NCBI GenBank assembly: GCA_950097015.1
Contig: CATNEN010000038.1
Location: 22,816,001-22,880,000, forward strand
Length of the DNA: 64,000 nt
Origin: Macrostomum hystrix
Taxonomy: Eukaryota; Animalia; Platyhelminthes
Direction of reading: 5' to 3'
The notes below the pieces were generated by a model. That model ran no database searches. It was not told where the DNA came from and worked only from the letters and a program-made list of their open reading frames with translations. Shown piece by piece: positions 38,801 through 51,200 of the stretch (positions within the stretch are counted from its first letter, which is position 1; the number at the start of each line of letters is the position of its first letter). The position numbers and the translations under genes are program-made.

Positions 38801-41800
38801 TAGTATTTGAGTTTAGTTTGAGTATTATTTGAGTTCAGTTTGAGTAGTATTTGAGTTCAGTTGTAGTAGTATGTGAGTTCAGTTTGAGTAGTATTTGAGT
38901 TTAGTTTGAGTAGTATTTGAGTTCAGTTGTAGTAGTATGTGAGTTCAGTTTGAGTAGTATTTGAGTTTAGTTTGAGTAGTATTTGAGTACATATAAGGTA
39001 GATTTTAAAATTAGTGTTTGTGCATAAAAATAGTATATAAGCAACTGACCTGTTCAACCCTGAGCCGCAGAGGACGGCAGACGCCTTCGCTGAGGTTGCG
39101 AAGGCAGGCGGCGCGCAGTTGACGCCGGCCTAAGCGACTGCCGACTATCGCGACATCGGCGGACCTGCTCGATGGGAGAATAATGAGCAGTCAAGAAGTG
39201 AGTACGCAAATATGTTTAAAATATATAAGCTGAGAAATACTGAGGACTGCGTACGGCTGTTCAGTCCATGGACTGAAGAGACGCCACACCCACCCTCAAT
39301 TACTCTAGCTAATGCTGGTACCCATTTAATAGTTGGGTGAGCAATGCAGAGTTCAGCGTCTTGCTAGGGGACAAAAATTGTTCCAGTGGAGCCGGGAATC
39401 GAACCCCAGACCTTCAGTAGTAAGTCCGACGCTTTAACCACAAGGCTACAACCCCTTAATGTACTCATAATATATGTATTTCTAAGAAGATGTGAAATGA
39501 ATTTCCTAGAATAAGAAGTCACGAGAATCGAACCCCCGACCTTCGATCCTCGAGTCCAGTGCTCAATCGACTATAGTCTATAGGCTACAATCTTTGCAAA
39601 TCTAACAACTAGACTCAATCAGAGAAAACGAAATCTAAATTATAAATATGTTCCTGTGGAGTCGGGAATCGAACCCCAGACCTTTTAAGTCGTGAGTCCC
39701 ACTCTCTACCCTTTAGGCTGCAATGCTCTTTATGTAGGTGTATTTCTAAGAACACGTAAATGATTTTCTTAGAACTAGAATTGACGAGAATCGAAAACCC
39801 GACCTTCAATCTTTAAATCCAGTACTCAATCGACTATAGTCTATAGGCTACTCTATAGTCTATAGGCTACTCTATAGTCTATAGGCTACTCTATAGTCTA
39901 TAGGCTACTCTATAGTCTATAGGCTACTCTATAGTCTATAGGCTACTCTATAGTCTATAGGCTACTCTATAGTCTATAGGCTACTCTATAGTCTATAGGC
40001 TACTCTATAGTCTATAGGCTACTCTATAGTCTATAGGCTACTCTATAGTCTATAGCTCTATAAACTCACTTTCCGGCCTCGTTCTCAGCTTCTTCCCCAT
40101 TAGCATCCTTTCCTTCCTCGACTTTGTCTACCGTCTCGTCATCGTCGGTTTGGTCGCACAGTCGCAACAGCGAGTCCAGACTCTCAGTCTCTGAAGCAGT
40201 GGCCTGATGCAGCCAGGCTAGCATGTCGCCAACGTAGCGTTGGGGATCGTGCGAGTGCAGCTCCATTGGCCTGGGACCGGTCCCGGTGCCGCGAGTCAGG
40301 GCCTCTATAAAGGCTTTCACTAGGGCGGCCCGACGAGCATTGGCATATTCGTCTAGGGCGTATTTGAATAGTACTGGGCGTTCTCGTAGAACCTAGAATA
40401 AGGTCGGCGACATTCTGTTATTGAATTACTGACCAACGCTTCTTAATTTAATGTGTTGTACAGTCCATTATCGTTATTTATTATTTTTTGTCACACCATG
40501 ATCTGTCACACCATGATCTGTCACACCATGATTTGTCACACCATGATCTGTCACACCATAATCTGTCACACCATGATCTGTCACACCATGATCTGTCACA
40601 CCATGATCTGCTACACCATGATCTGCCACACCATGATCAGCCACACCATAATCTGTCACACCATGATCTGTCACACCATGATCTGTCACACCATGATCTG
40701 TCACACCATGATCTGCCACACCATGATCTGTCACACCATGATCTGTAGGTTTATTATCTTACACGCCATGATCTGTCAGTTCGTGATCTGTCAGTTCGTG
40801 ATCTGTCAGTTCATAATCTGTCAGTTCGTAATTTGTCAGTTCGTAATCTGTCGGTTCGTGATCTGTCAGTTCGTGATCTGTCAGTTCATAATCTGTCAGT
40901 TCGTAATCTGTCAGTTCGTGATCTGTCAGTTCGTGATCTGTCAGTTCATAATCTGTCAGTTCGTAATCTGTCAGTTCGTGATCTGTCAGTTTGTGACCTG
41001 TCAGTTCGTGATCTGTCAGTTTATGACCTGTCAGTTCGTGATCTGTCAGTTTATGACCTGTCAGTTCGTGATCTGTCAGTTTGTGACCTGTCAGTTCGTG
41101 ATCTGTCAGTTTATGACCTGTCAGTTCGTGATCTGTCATTTCATGATCTGTCAGTTCGTGATCTGTCATTTCATGATCTGTCAGTTCGTGATCTGTCAGT
41201 TCGTGATTTGTCAGGCCCTGATCTGTCATTTCGCGGTCTTTTAGTTGGAAATTTTAATTCTTCAGTCCAGTCTAGTTGCTGTTTTTACAGCCATCAGATC
41301 CGAAAAGTATCTTACCACAAACAATCCTTTAGAACTTGAAATGAAGTTACTTTAAAACTATAATAATTAATATTATTTACTTGTAATTTTTATTAACATA
41401 CCTGAAACGCCTGAGCCATCAGGTTAGTAACCTCAGCGCTTTCGCCAGCCTGAAGTCGGCATTCGTTCTGCGCCCATCTATAAAGCTTTTCACAGCCGCA
41501 CTCCATCAGTACAGACATTTGTTCCATAATTTCCAGGCCAGCTGTCTGATTCTGAGCCATTAGCAATAGTTTGCAATCTGAATGGATCTGTTTAGTCCGT
41601 TGCAGTGCTTTGAAGAACTCTTCTGTTAATGGCGCGGCTTTGTCTGTCAGTTGCTGCTCCTAGTAGTTTATATTAGGTAAATTGTATTTTAAAAAACTTT
41701 CATACATCTCTACTATAAGTAAGCTGTAAAGCGCACCTGTTCCGGCGTTAGCTGAAATAGATCCAACAGAGCTTCGGCAACGCGAGATCTAATTTCATAT

Positions 41801-44800
41801 TCTTCACTTTCTCGTTGAATTCGACTGGTCTCCCTGAGTAGGTGCTCAGTTTGACATTTGGCCTCTTGTAGGCGGCCGCTCATGTCGCGACAACTGGTAT
41901 TCATGGCGGCTACAGCTTCGTAAAGGTCTTCCAGATCCTGACAAGGAAGGTTAGAAAAAGTCACGTCAATAGTGACTACGCGGCATAAGGCTGTGGAGTC
42001 GTGGACTGGGGACTCCTGACATCTCCTGAATCAGGAGCATAAAACTAAAAAATGCCCAAATTTAACACTCACATCCTTAACCAACTTAAAGGACTGCAGA
42101 AATTCTTCATAGATGACAACATAGCGACTCTCCATATCTGAACGAAGACTTCGTCTCGACCGGATATTATTGTCCGTGAAGAATTCTGAGACAGCTTTCA
42201 GACTCTCGACTAGCTCCTGGTATTTGGAAGCATTTCAAACGAGTTTTCATTACACATTGTTTGTTAATCTAAGCAATGACTTAAATTTTTTTAGAAATTA
42301 AAGAAAATAGAAAACTGGCCATAGCTCTAAATTTAAACATTCTTTGTTTCCAGTGACAGATTGCTATCTTAAGCATAGTGTTTTAGTCTGTTGCAGTTTT
42401 CATGGCAGTCAGAGACCACAGTGCAGATTAAGCATAAAAATTCCAAACTTAAAGCTAATTTTTGGACATCAGATCAAATGCAAATCTGGTACCAGTTTTA
42501 TCCTATGCAAGATACAACTGAGTTTTAAAGCCTAGTTTTTTTAATTATCAAAATGGTTATTTAACAAATATGTATGGCAACTAAAATTAGTTCAAAAATA
42601 ACCAAAAAAGCCTCATTAGGCATAAAAATAAACTTTCAAATTGTAAATTAGAACCCTATTGGAGCCATACACGCGCAACACCCGGCCGACCCGGCCGAAC
42701 TGGCTGGGTGAAACGAGGGCCAAGCAAGGTAAATCGCAAAAACCAATCGACCAATCGCAAAAAAATCAAAGGGGGGACCAAGGGACAAAAAAGGAAGGCG
42801 TGAAGAAAAGGAAAAAGGGGAGAGAAAAAGAGAGCAAATGAGAGCAAACTAAGTAGTAAATAGAGCAATGAAATGAACTAAGTCGCAAATGAGAGCAAAA
42901 ACTAAGTCACATGGCCAGCTAAGATTTGGGAGGTTGCACATGTATGATTGGAGCCAATAGGGGTTTTTGTGGACAGCGTCCAGGGCGATTGTGAAAAATT
43001 GCCTGCGTGGCTGCGCAGAAAGAAATTCCTGTCCGCGCGGCCGCACCATGTGTGTGTAAAGTTGTCGTAAGTATGTAGATGTATAACAAACAGTGCGCCC
43101 TTGTGCCCCTACACGAATACATGCTCTGCAGTGCCCAAGTGCGAAAAGACAACCTTAGCTGTTCTAATTATAGAAATACACTACAGAGATAAAAAAGTCA
43201 TTTGGTATATGCATCTGTATTTTTGCGAAATCACCAAGTACCTGTTCTATTTTTAGAAATACATTACAGATATCAAAAGGTCATTTGACATTTTTTGTGA
43301 AATCAATTACTACATTGAGTCAGACTGAAGATATATAGCAATTGCAGATTTGCGCTCTTTTTCTTGAAAACAACTGCGCACCTGCACGCCTAGCATTAGT
43401 GTCCGCAGCTTTTTTAAATTTGCTTCATTAGTGAATTAGAACAAAATCATGCATACTATTAATAAAATAGCTTTTTATACATGGATTCAATATGCACCTT
43501 GATTTTTAATTTGCACAGGATTTTTTGCTCATAATACAAGCCTACATCAGTCTTTTTGATAAAAAAAAACCTAGCCCCTAGAGGCTAAACATATTGATGA
43601 GTTGTTCGGCATTAGGCAATATCAGCCACACAAGTTCAGCCCTGAAATTATGTGTCTCAAAGGCTGCGGTAGGATTGAAGACATCTATTTATTTCAGCTA
43701 ATTATTTGAAATGCTGTAATTTCCTCAATTAGATATAGTGACATTTGCCACTATATTTTTGCTGATAAAAGTGTCTAATTTCTGCATAGTATTTCTGCAC
43801 TTTCTGTAAAACCAAAGAAGATATACATATATTGTGACAAATGATTTTTTATTTTACATTAGTGTGCAAAAAACAACTTTTGTATTGCTTTACTCCAGAT
43901 TCTCTTTGGTTGCTTGATAACAATAAAAATAAGTAGAATGACTTTTGAAGTGGAAAATACGATTAAATATGTTTTAGTGTTTTTATATCCCCTTATAAGG
44001 GGATAGTAAAGAATTTCATGGATCATATGATTCTATACTAGTTCACTACAGTGGACCAGATTTATCTCAATAGGCTGGTCATTATCTTTAAAGTTCAGAG
44101 GTAGAAAGTGCAATCAGTAAATATATTTTTTCAAAGCCCAAATTATAAAAAAACAGATAAATAAATTAATCAATTGCTGACAACATTTGCAGCTGAAAAA
44201 ATATTTTTTTGTCATAAATAATCTAAACTTTGATGATTCTATAGATCAAATTGCAAAAAAATGAGACACTGATTAGTTGATCATATGCTGCTTTACAATA
44301 CCCACCCTAGCCATCCAATAGGTTGCCGCGCATTTCGGTGCCTGTGCTTTTCGGTGTCGAGCGTTTCGGTGCCCGGTCTTGCTTTTCGGTCCCCATCCAA
44401 TTTTGCATTGTCAGTCAGTAAAGCGCTTTGATACTGATGATAAAACAATACTTAAATACAAATTGTGGCTAATATGCCTGTCCTTGCGCATTTATTATCC
44501 TTTGTTTTTTTCTACCGTTTGAAAGCTTACGTTTCCGAGAAACACTGCTAAAATGTAATTTGCTCCATTGCCTTTTGAATGTACACAAGATACACATATA
44601 CATGTGCATATATTCTATACACATATAGAGCAGACGTTAAAACACATGGGAGGCGCCACCTTTTGCTGGCTACTGACTGTCAGCTCCAGCTGTTAGAAAG
44701 AGCAAAAACATGGTTTCTGGATGGCTGCATGGTTTCTTTTTATTTACCCTTTCCATTGCATTTGGATTTTCCATTGCATTGCTTTGTGCTAGGCCCCTAC

Positions 44801-45284
44801 TCAAATTTTTTTCGAAAGTTTCAACAATAAAAACGTATGTCAATAGTATTAGTAATCACTTCTTGAATGGTTTTGTAATTAAGTATTGTTTTATCATCAG
44901 AATTAAAGCGCTTTACTGACTGACAATGCAAAATTGGATGGGGACCGTAAAGCAAGACTGGGCACCGAAACGCTCGGCACCAAAAAGCACAGGCACTGAA
45001 ATGCGTGGAAGCCATCCAATAGATAGGCCATAGACAGCCCTATTCAGGCTAGGGGCCTACTGTTTATTTTATAGTAACAAAAAGTAAAGAAGTACTTAAA
45101 ATATATAAAATACTAAATCTCTTATGTACTAGCTATTTGCTAGTAAAAAATTATAATTTTATTTAACTGGTAGCATCGAAATACTTACTAAATCATTTTC
45201 CAGGCGAGTATCTAGTACTTTCTTTAGTTTTCGAATCAAAGGTGGTTCTGAATCGACACCAGCATGTGCTCCTTGAGAATCCAT
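35835..45284 (-). CDS. COG6: Conserved oligomeric Golgi complex subunit 6, 694 aa, 9 coding exons
   Basis: Exons 45284-45189, 42216-42073, 41937-41737, 41659-41402, 40392-40070, 39164-39050, 38291-37977, 37113-36799, 36152-35835, all GT-AG and in frame. Motifs [83 protein letters not shown]. Confidence 0.95.
36200..36780. repeat. 25-bp minisatellite filling COG6 intron 8
   Basis: Unit CTCTATCCAGTGTCTCTATCGAATT. Confidence 0.95.
37228..37950. repeat. 23-bp minisatellite (37228-37805) plus a short 25-bp repeat (37865-37950), COG6 intron 7
   Basis: Units TCTCTAGATCAACAGTACACCTG and CTCTTCATTTAAACTTGACCTTT.. Confidence 0.95.
38485..38781 (-). mobile_element. SINE family A, near full-length (tRNA-like head plus Nin/Deu-like core)
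   Basis: Minus strand: ...TGGTTAGAGCGTCGGACTGACGACTTGAAGGTCGGGGGTTCGATTCCCGG (A/B boxes), core ACACTTAACTC...CCAGCTGTTAAAT, 3' GGGCAGGTGTAATCAATTATT. Confidence 0.85.
38785..38990. repeat. 22-bp minisatellite, COG6 intron 6
   Basis: Unit TTTGAGTAGTATTTGAGTTCAG. Confidence 0.9.
39245..39830 (-). mobile_element. SINE family A partial copy (39245-39435) plus three duplicated head remnants
   Basis: Repeated G(G/A)GAATCGAA(C/A)CCC(C)(A)GACCTT (B box reverse complement) near 39393, 39523, 39663 and 39786. Confidence 0.75.
39830..40056. repeat. Perfect 19-bp minisatellite abutting the COG6 intron 5 donor
   Basis: Unit CTATAGTCTATAGGCTACT. Confidence 0.97.
40488..41230. repeat. Two adjacent related 15-bp arrays, COG6 intron 4
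   Basis: Units ATCTGTCACACCATG then ATCTGTCAGTTCGTG. Confidence 0.96.
42666..42946 (+). mobile_element. MITE family C (CATAC..GTATG termini, 8-bp TSD; hAT- or P-type)
   Basis: TIR CATACACGCGCAAC / GTTGCACATGTATG; perfect TSD ATTGGAGC. Confidence 0.88.
44321..45013 (+). mobile_element. Non-autonomous MULE derivative with ~140-bp TIRs and a transposase remnant, in COG6 intron 1
   Basis: 44321-44462 is inverted to 44871-45013; TSD ATCCAATA on both sides; internal [25 protein letters not shown] resembles the MULE DDE N-terminal block. Confidence 0.85.
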
Positions 45285-46641
45285 TTATTTTAGGCTTTTG
45301 ACCAAACAATAAGTAAAAATATATTAGCTAATAGACCTATTCCTTTCAGTAAAATAAGGATAAAATTTGAAATTACAATACAATAAAGTTATCGGCTCGG
45401 CTGAAAGTTATAGGAAAAGTTATTGTAGCTTTATTAAGTGTTGTGGAGGCAAAGAATTAAAAGCCACTGATTTCATAAACTGAAAATAATGGCTTACTAC
45501 TAGTGACTATCGTTAAGCTGAATTCCGATTCCCACTGCTACTCCTCATGCACAACTAAGTTCAAGTTCAAACTGAGTCAGACAGCTTAGTCGTCAGCTTT
45601 TGAAATACTTTCTTAGATATCGTGCAGGAGTCCGTCTTCAATGGCTATAAAATTAATTAAAAACTTTATAAAGTAACATAGCAGTTGTTTTATACAATAC
45701 ATAGCAACTAATATTAATGTATTACCTAGAAATTAATCTTCTTTGTTTTACATTTAAATCTCACGCTTTTTTAAGTTTTGACATCAGCGGCATCAGCCTT
45801 ATACATTCGATACAGCAGCGACTTTCAACAATTCTAGCCTTTCAGTTTGTAGCATGCTTGCCTACGCAAAGGACTAGGCCACACCAGTGATGTAAAATGC
45901 TTTTGAATTTAGGACTCATTTTTTATTGAACGAAAAGTCAGCGAGAAGCGTTATAATTCACTTTAATAAGTTAGCATTAGTATTTTTAGTAATTAGTTGC
46001 CAGGTTTTAATTAAATCAATAAATGTGTTTGAAATATATACAAATATTTAGAAATGATTCTATTGGATCGCAGTTAAACTATGTATCATGACCATCTATC
46101 ATTCATACGAATTGAGTTCTTTTTTTATGCCTAGCTAAGTTGACGTCTGATTAAAGTGTTGCTGACACCCAGAAATCAAAGCCTCTTCTTGTTATTTTGT
46201 CCCGAAGTACAGTGTTTTGGTTTAGTTTATTCCAAGCTAGGACGCTGTTTAGCTAAGTTTTGTTTTCCTGCAGTAATTTTTTTTTATTTTTGCATTTTAA
46301 TGCACACTTAATTATCAATGTGACTCACCTCACCCCCTCTAAGCCTAAAGAGCAGAGAGCAAGTCAATTCAAGATTATCCTAGTCATGTGAGAGTCACTG
46401 AAAATAAATAATGAGCAATAAAATATAGAATGTTGACAAACTGATGCTCAGGGAAGACTTGTTGCCATATAAATCTCCAAGAATAAGGAGTTATATAGGC
46501 CTATCCTAATCTCTAACAGGTTGTTGTTAGTTCATGTAGCAGTGAAATTTGGACTTGCAAAGGGTTTACATACCTTTAATTCGATTGTGCTTATGTTTGC
46601 CTTGAACTTAGTTGTTAGGGTCCCATTAATCTATAATTAAT

Positions 46642-47238
46642 GGCAGTGCTTATCCCCATGGTACTGTAGAAATAATTTTTGTCTTATTCCAACGGTGGGC
46701 CCTACAGTAGGAATAATTTCCTGCTTATCCGCACGGCACACTGATGAGATAGCTGTCCTATCTTCAACATATTCCGTGGGAATAATTTCCCACGAAATAG
46801 TTTCAAACGGGAATATTTCATATGGGAATAGTTTCAAATGTAGAGTGCATAGGATTCGTAGCTCCAGAGATGCGTAAAGTAATAGACTGGATTATAGACT
46901 TAGAAGGCTTAAGCTATAAGATTAGAAAAATACACACTTCAGTTGTATTCTTTTATATATATAAATAATAGAAATATATATTTTATATACTCAAAAAAGC
47001 CACCGTATTGGTTAACTGATTGCGAAGAAAGCAGAAAACTTTAATTTCTTTACTTGCTTTAAAAAACTTGAAGAACAAAAGGAAAATTGCAGTCATGATA
47101 AAAAGATAGATGATAGGACAGCTATCTTGTCAGTGTGCCATGCGGATAAACAGGAAATTATTCCCACGGTAGGCCTAAGGCCTACCGTAGGAAAAAGACA
47201 AAAATTATTTCTACGGTACTGTGGGGATAAGCACTGCC
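46642..47238. mobile_element. MULE-type MITE with ~125-bp TIRs
   Basis: GGCAGTGCTTATCCCCA... / ...TGGGGATAAGCACTGCC; perfect 9-bp TSD ATAATTAAT. Confidence 0.9.
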
Positions 47239-47403
47239 ATAATTAATAGTATGCTAACTTTTTTATTTGGAGTAGGAAACAGAAATATGCTTTACTTTTG
47301 TATATGTTATTCTAGCTCATCTAGCCTAGCTAATCTACTTTTAACTAAGGTTTATCAGCTTAAATTTTACCAATACAACTAACTTCAATCATTACTATAA
47401 TTT

Positions 47404-48940
47404 GGTACCTGGACACTTCGTCGTCTTACAACTTCGTCATCCAGATGACAATCTGTCCAATATCTCAAAGAGTGGATGACAAAGAGAATTAGACTTGTGG
47501 ACACTTTGTCATATATAAAACTAAAGTTTTCAAAGTTAGAACAGAACCACCCCTACCCACCCCTCCTCACATCGTGTTGGCACCTATCTTTCAACTCTTA
47601 TAATGAAACATACATGCGCAACACCCGGCCGACCCGGCCGATCCGGCCAGGTGACAAGTGGCCGAGCAAGGTAAGTCGCAAAAATGGCCACCCGAGAAAA
47701 AAATTGGACAGAAAAAAATGAGCGAAAAAAAGAAAAGAAGGCAGGAAAAGGAGGAAAGCAGAGAAAGGAAAGAAGAAAGGAAGGAAAGCAAATGGGGAAA
47801 GAAGCAAAAACGTGACAAAATCTGCAATCAGAGGCAACTTAGTCGCATTCCAAGGGAAGTAAGTTGCATTCAGAGGGAAGTAAGTCGCAATCAGAGGGAA
47901 GTAAGTCGCAATCAGAGGGAAGTAAGTCGTAATCAGAGGGAAGTAAGTCGCAATCAAAGGGAAGTAAGTCGCATTCCAAGGTAAGTAAGTCGCATTCAGA
48001 GGGGGCTAAGTCGCATTCAGAGGGAAGTAAGTCGCATTCAGAGGAAAGTAAGTCACATTCAGGGGGAGGTAAGTCGCAATCAGATTTATTACAGTGCATT
48101 AAACTTATAGGGATAGGAACTGAAGTTACTGAACTCAAAAAAGTCCACTTTGCAAGTCCGAATGTGAGTCTTCTATATTCTCCACATCAGAAGTTGCAGT
48201 AGGTTGCTGTTGACGACCACCAGGAGCATCAGATCGCCAGTGACTTTTAAGCCAGTCATTTACATATTGATCTGGTTTAAAATTTCTCTCTGGCGTACAT
48301 TTTATGGGCTACAGTTTGCTTACTGGCGTACATTTGAAATTTGAATTTCTGGCACACAAGACCATTTTTCTGGCATACAGTATGACACATTCGTGAGTAT
48401 GGTGATGGTGATGTTGAGCCTCATGGTCTCCGGCACCACCTGGAAGATCCAATTGGACAAGCAGGGAAGCAGCTTGACGGGCGATGCCACACAGCTGACC
48501 TCACCAATTTCATTCACACCGACAATCGAGTCGCCTGAGTGCACTCTGCTGCCAGCGGAAGACTAATTAGATGACGAGACATTTTACTATTGCAACACAG
48601 TCATAGTTACCCCTGCCGTTTACCCAGATAAAAAAAATTGGGCATAGGTATGTCACATTTTTTTTAAAAACAAAGTCGCATGGCTGGTGTAAATTTGGGA
48701 GGTTGCGCATGTATGTAATGAAATCAGTTGACACCTTTTTTTGACAATTTAGAGTGTGAAGTGTGTTCACACCTCTGCCCCACCACCCCACCCTCACTTT
48801 ATTTATGACAAACTAGATTGCTTGTTATTAGTAGATGACAAACTGACCAAACTTTAAAGCATGCCAATTGGCTGGATGATGAAGTGTCCTACCTTCCAAG
48901 TGGATGACGAAGTTATAAGATGACAAAGTGTCTAGGATCC
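47404..48940. mobile_element. MULE-type MITE hosting a nested family C element
   Basis: TIRs GGTACCTGGACACTTCGTCGTCTTACAACTTCGTCATCCA / TGGATGACGAAGTTATAAGATGACAAAGTGTCTAGGATCC; degenerate 9-bp TSD CTATAATTT / CTGTAAATT. Confidence 0.75.
47609..48715 (+). mobile_element. MITE family C, long (1.1 kb) copy with an internal 21-bp array (47838-48080)
   Basis: TIR CATACATGCGCAAC / GTTGCGCATGTATG; perfect TSD TAATGAAA. Confidence 0.9.
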
Positions 48941-49797
48941 CTGTAAATTCATCTCTAAATGATCACAGTTTCATTATCTCCATTTCTTTAATTATCTCAA
49001 CCAATTTCTCTTAAGAAGGTAAAGTTCTAACTTCTTTGTATAACTCTTAAGGTTGTATTATATTGTATACACTGTAATCTAGCCAATCAGCATGCTTTAA
49101 AGCTTTGCCATTTGTCACCTCATTCCAGATTCAAGACTAGAAAATAGTAAAGTTAAAAACAACAAAGTTAGTCATCTTATAGTTATATAGATAGTATTTA
49201 TAAGTTATATGAACTGCATGTTAAATGCAGTTCAGGGGAACAAAGACACAAAGAAACAAAGAACCATATATACCAAAAGATCGAAAGGGGAGAGGTTGTT
49301 TTGTTGTTTATATTAACATTAGAATTTTTTATTTGGCTTTATAAAAGTGTTAGTCAACAATAAAAAGATTTAGCCTGGCCAAACTTGCTGATCTCCATTA
49401 TGATATGCACTTGATTTAGCCAAGTCAAGAAGTTCTAGATACTGCACCTCAGCAAAAGTCTAGGCTAGGCTTTCTACCTTAGAATTTCTAAGTGCTAGGA
49501 TCAGCCGAGTAGGCTCACTTGATGCCCTGCTTTTGCACCTGATCAAAGAGTGCAATTTCACATAGAGAAACAAACTGCTATACACTGCTTTTAAATCCAG
49601 CACACAAGCGTATGGATGGCTTGACTAGCAACCATGGTTCCCACCACATAAAAATGGCATTGTAGTCATAAATAGACTTATCTGACATTATAGCAAAGAC
49701 AAGTCAGACATTCTTCAGGTTGGTATCCTTGGCACAAATAACAGTTGATAAAATATAACTGTTTAAATATAGGACACTATCCATAGCCATCCATAAC

Positions 49798-50048
49798 CAT
49801 ACATGCGCAACCTCCTAAATCTTAGCCAGCCGTGCGACTTAGTTTTTACTCTATTTACGACTTAGTTTGCTCTCATTTGCTCTTTTTTTCTCTTCCCTTT
49901 TTCCTTTTCTTCACGCCTTCCTTTTTTGTCCCTTGGTCCCCCCTTTGATTTTTTTGTGCTTGGTCAATTGGTTTTTGCGACTTACCTTGCTTGGCCCTCG
50001 TTTCACCCGGCAGGTTTGGCTGGGTTGGCTGGGTGTTGCGCATGTATG
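49798..50048 (-). mobile_element. MITE family C, short inverted copy
   Basis: Reverse complement of 42666-42946; TSD TCCATAAC / TCCATAAA. Confidence 0.88.
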
Positions 50049-50924
50049 TCCATAAATCAGATTCTATGTGAAGAAAGTAGCATAGTCTGTTCATTTGTGT
50101 TATGACAAGGTGTCTCTTGCCTGTCCTGTCCACTCAAATGTTATTAATGACCTTTGAAACATGGTCAAGAGCTAGATCAAACTAGAGGTTGTCCAGCAGC
50201 TTGGGAACTACTTGATTTAGTCTCTCAGATTCTTTGTTTCAAGCAAATATCAGAAATTATTTTTTAACCCTGGTACAGTCATGCAGATCCTATCTTAAGA
50301 TTGGCTAAAATAAATATAACTTGTACTTAAAAAAATAAAAATAATTTGTTCAATTTATAAGTTGGAAATATTGTAGACATAAAAATTGTACACTATTTAT
50401 ATAATAATTCACAATTCCTTATTTACTGTTCATATATATATATTTATTTACTACTCACTGGGACTAGTTTTTACATATAGTCACATAATATTATATCATA
50501 CATTAGAGGCCAAATTTTTTATTATTATTGATTTTTTACTTTTAGTAGCAGTTTTTTTACTTTTTTAGAAGTTCTCTTAAGAAAAGGTTATATTTTAATC
50601 TTCAGGCCTTTGACCTACTTTATAGTATAAAGTAAGAATTATATAAAATTATCATATTTTACAAGAAATTCGAAAAACTGCTAGATTACTAATTTACTAT
50701 TGCCTTTTTATAACTTATATAATAATACTTATACTTACACACAGATCATGTCACATTTTTCATGGTCATTGCAACCTTTGATCACTGGTCAGTGGTCACG
50801 TCATGGTGAAAAGATCACTGTTGTAGGAAAATATGACATTGTCTTACATTTTTATTAGTTTTAACTTGTATATTTTATTTCAGTTAGTTATTGAGATTAG
50901 ATCAACATTGTATTTTATTCGAAG

Positions 50925-51200
50925 TGAATTGCGTAGCAGTCTAATGTGTTTGCCTCTTGCACCCAGGTTCCTAAGCTTGATACTAAGACAAGGCCACATT
51001 CTTTTGGACAGTCTTAAAGAGAAGACTTGTAGTGGACTGCTTGCGAAATGTATGCCATATGAGGGCTAATTTCCAAGGTATATTGATAGTGTACACTGCC
51101 AGACATTGAAATGTTTGTGTATGCCTGTTTACAATATCTGTGTGTGTAAGCTTTGGGGGCAACAGAATGGGTAGAATCGCCAATTTGCCCATTGGCAGAA
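50925..51200 (+). mobile_element. Old, diverged SINE family B copy
   Basis: GTTTGCCTCTTGCACCCAGGTTCCTAAG...AGGCCACATT...GAGAAG...GAGGGCTAATTTCCAAGG...TGTACACTGCC aligns by eye with the minus strand of 30572-30929. Confidence 0.6.

Noticed and set aside
40453-41339. Cys/His-rich ORFs (CHTMI, CQFVI repeats) resembling metal-binding proteins
   Set aside because: Translations of 15-bp satellites inside COG6 intron 4.
46735-46775. Hammerhead ribozyme-like CTGATGA-GATAG-loop-CTATC
   Set aside because: Followed by TTCAAC rather than GAAA, and the opposite TIR copy does not keep CTGATGA; it is part of a MITE TIR.
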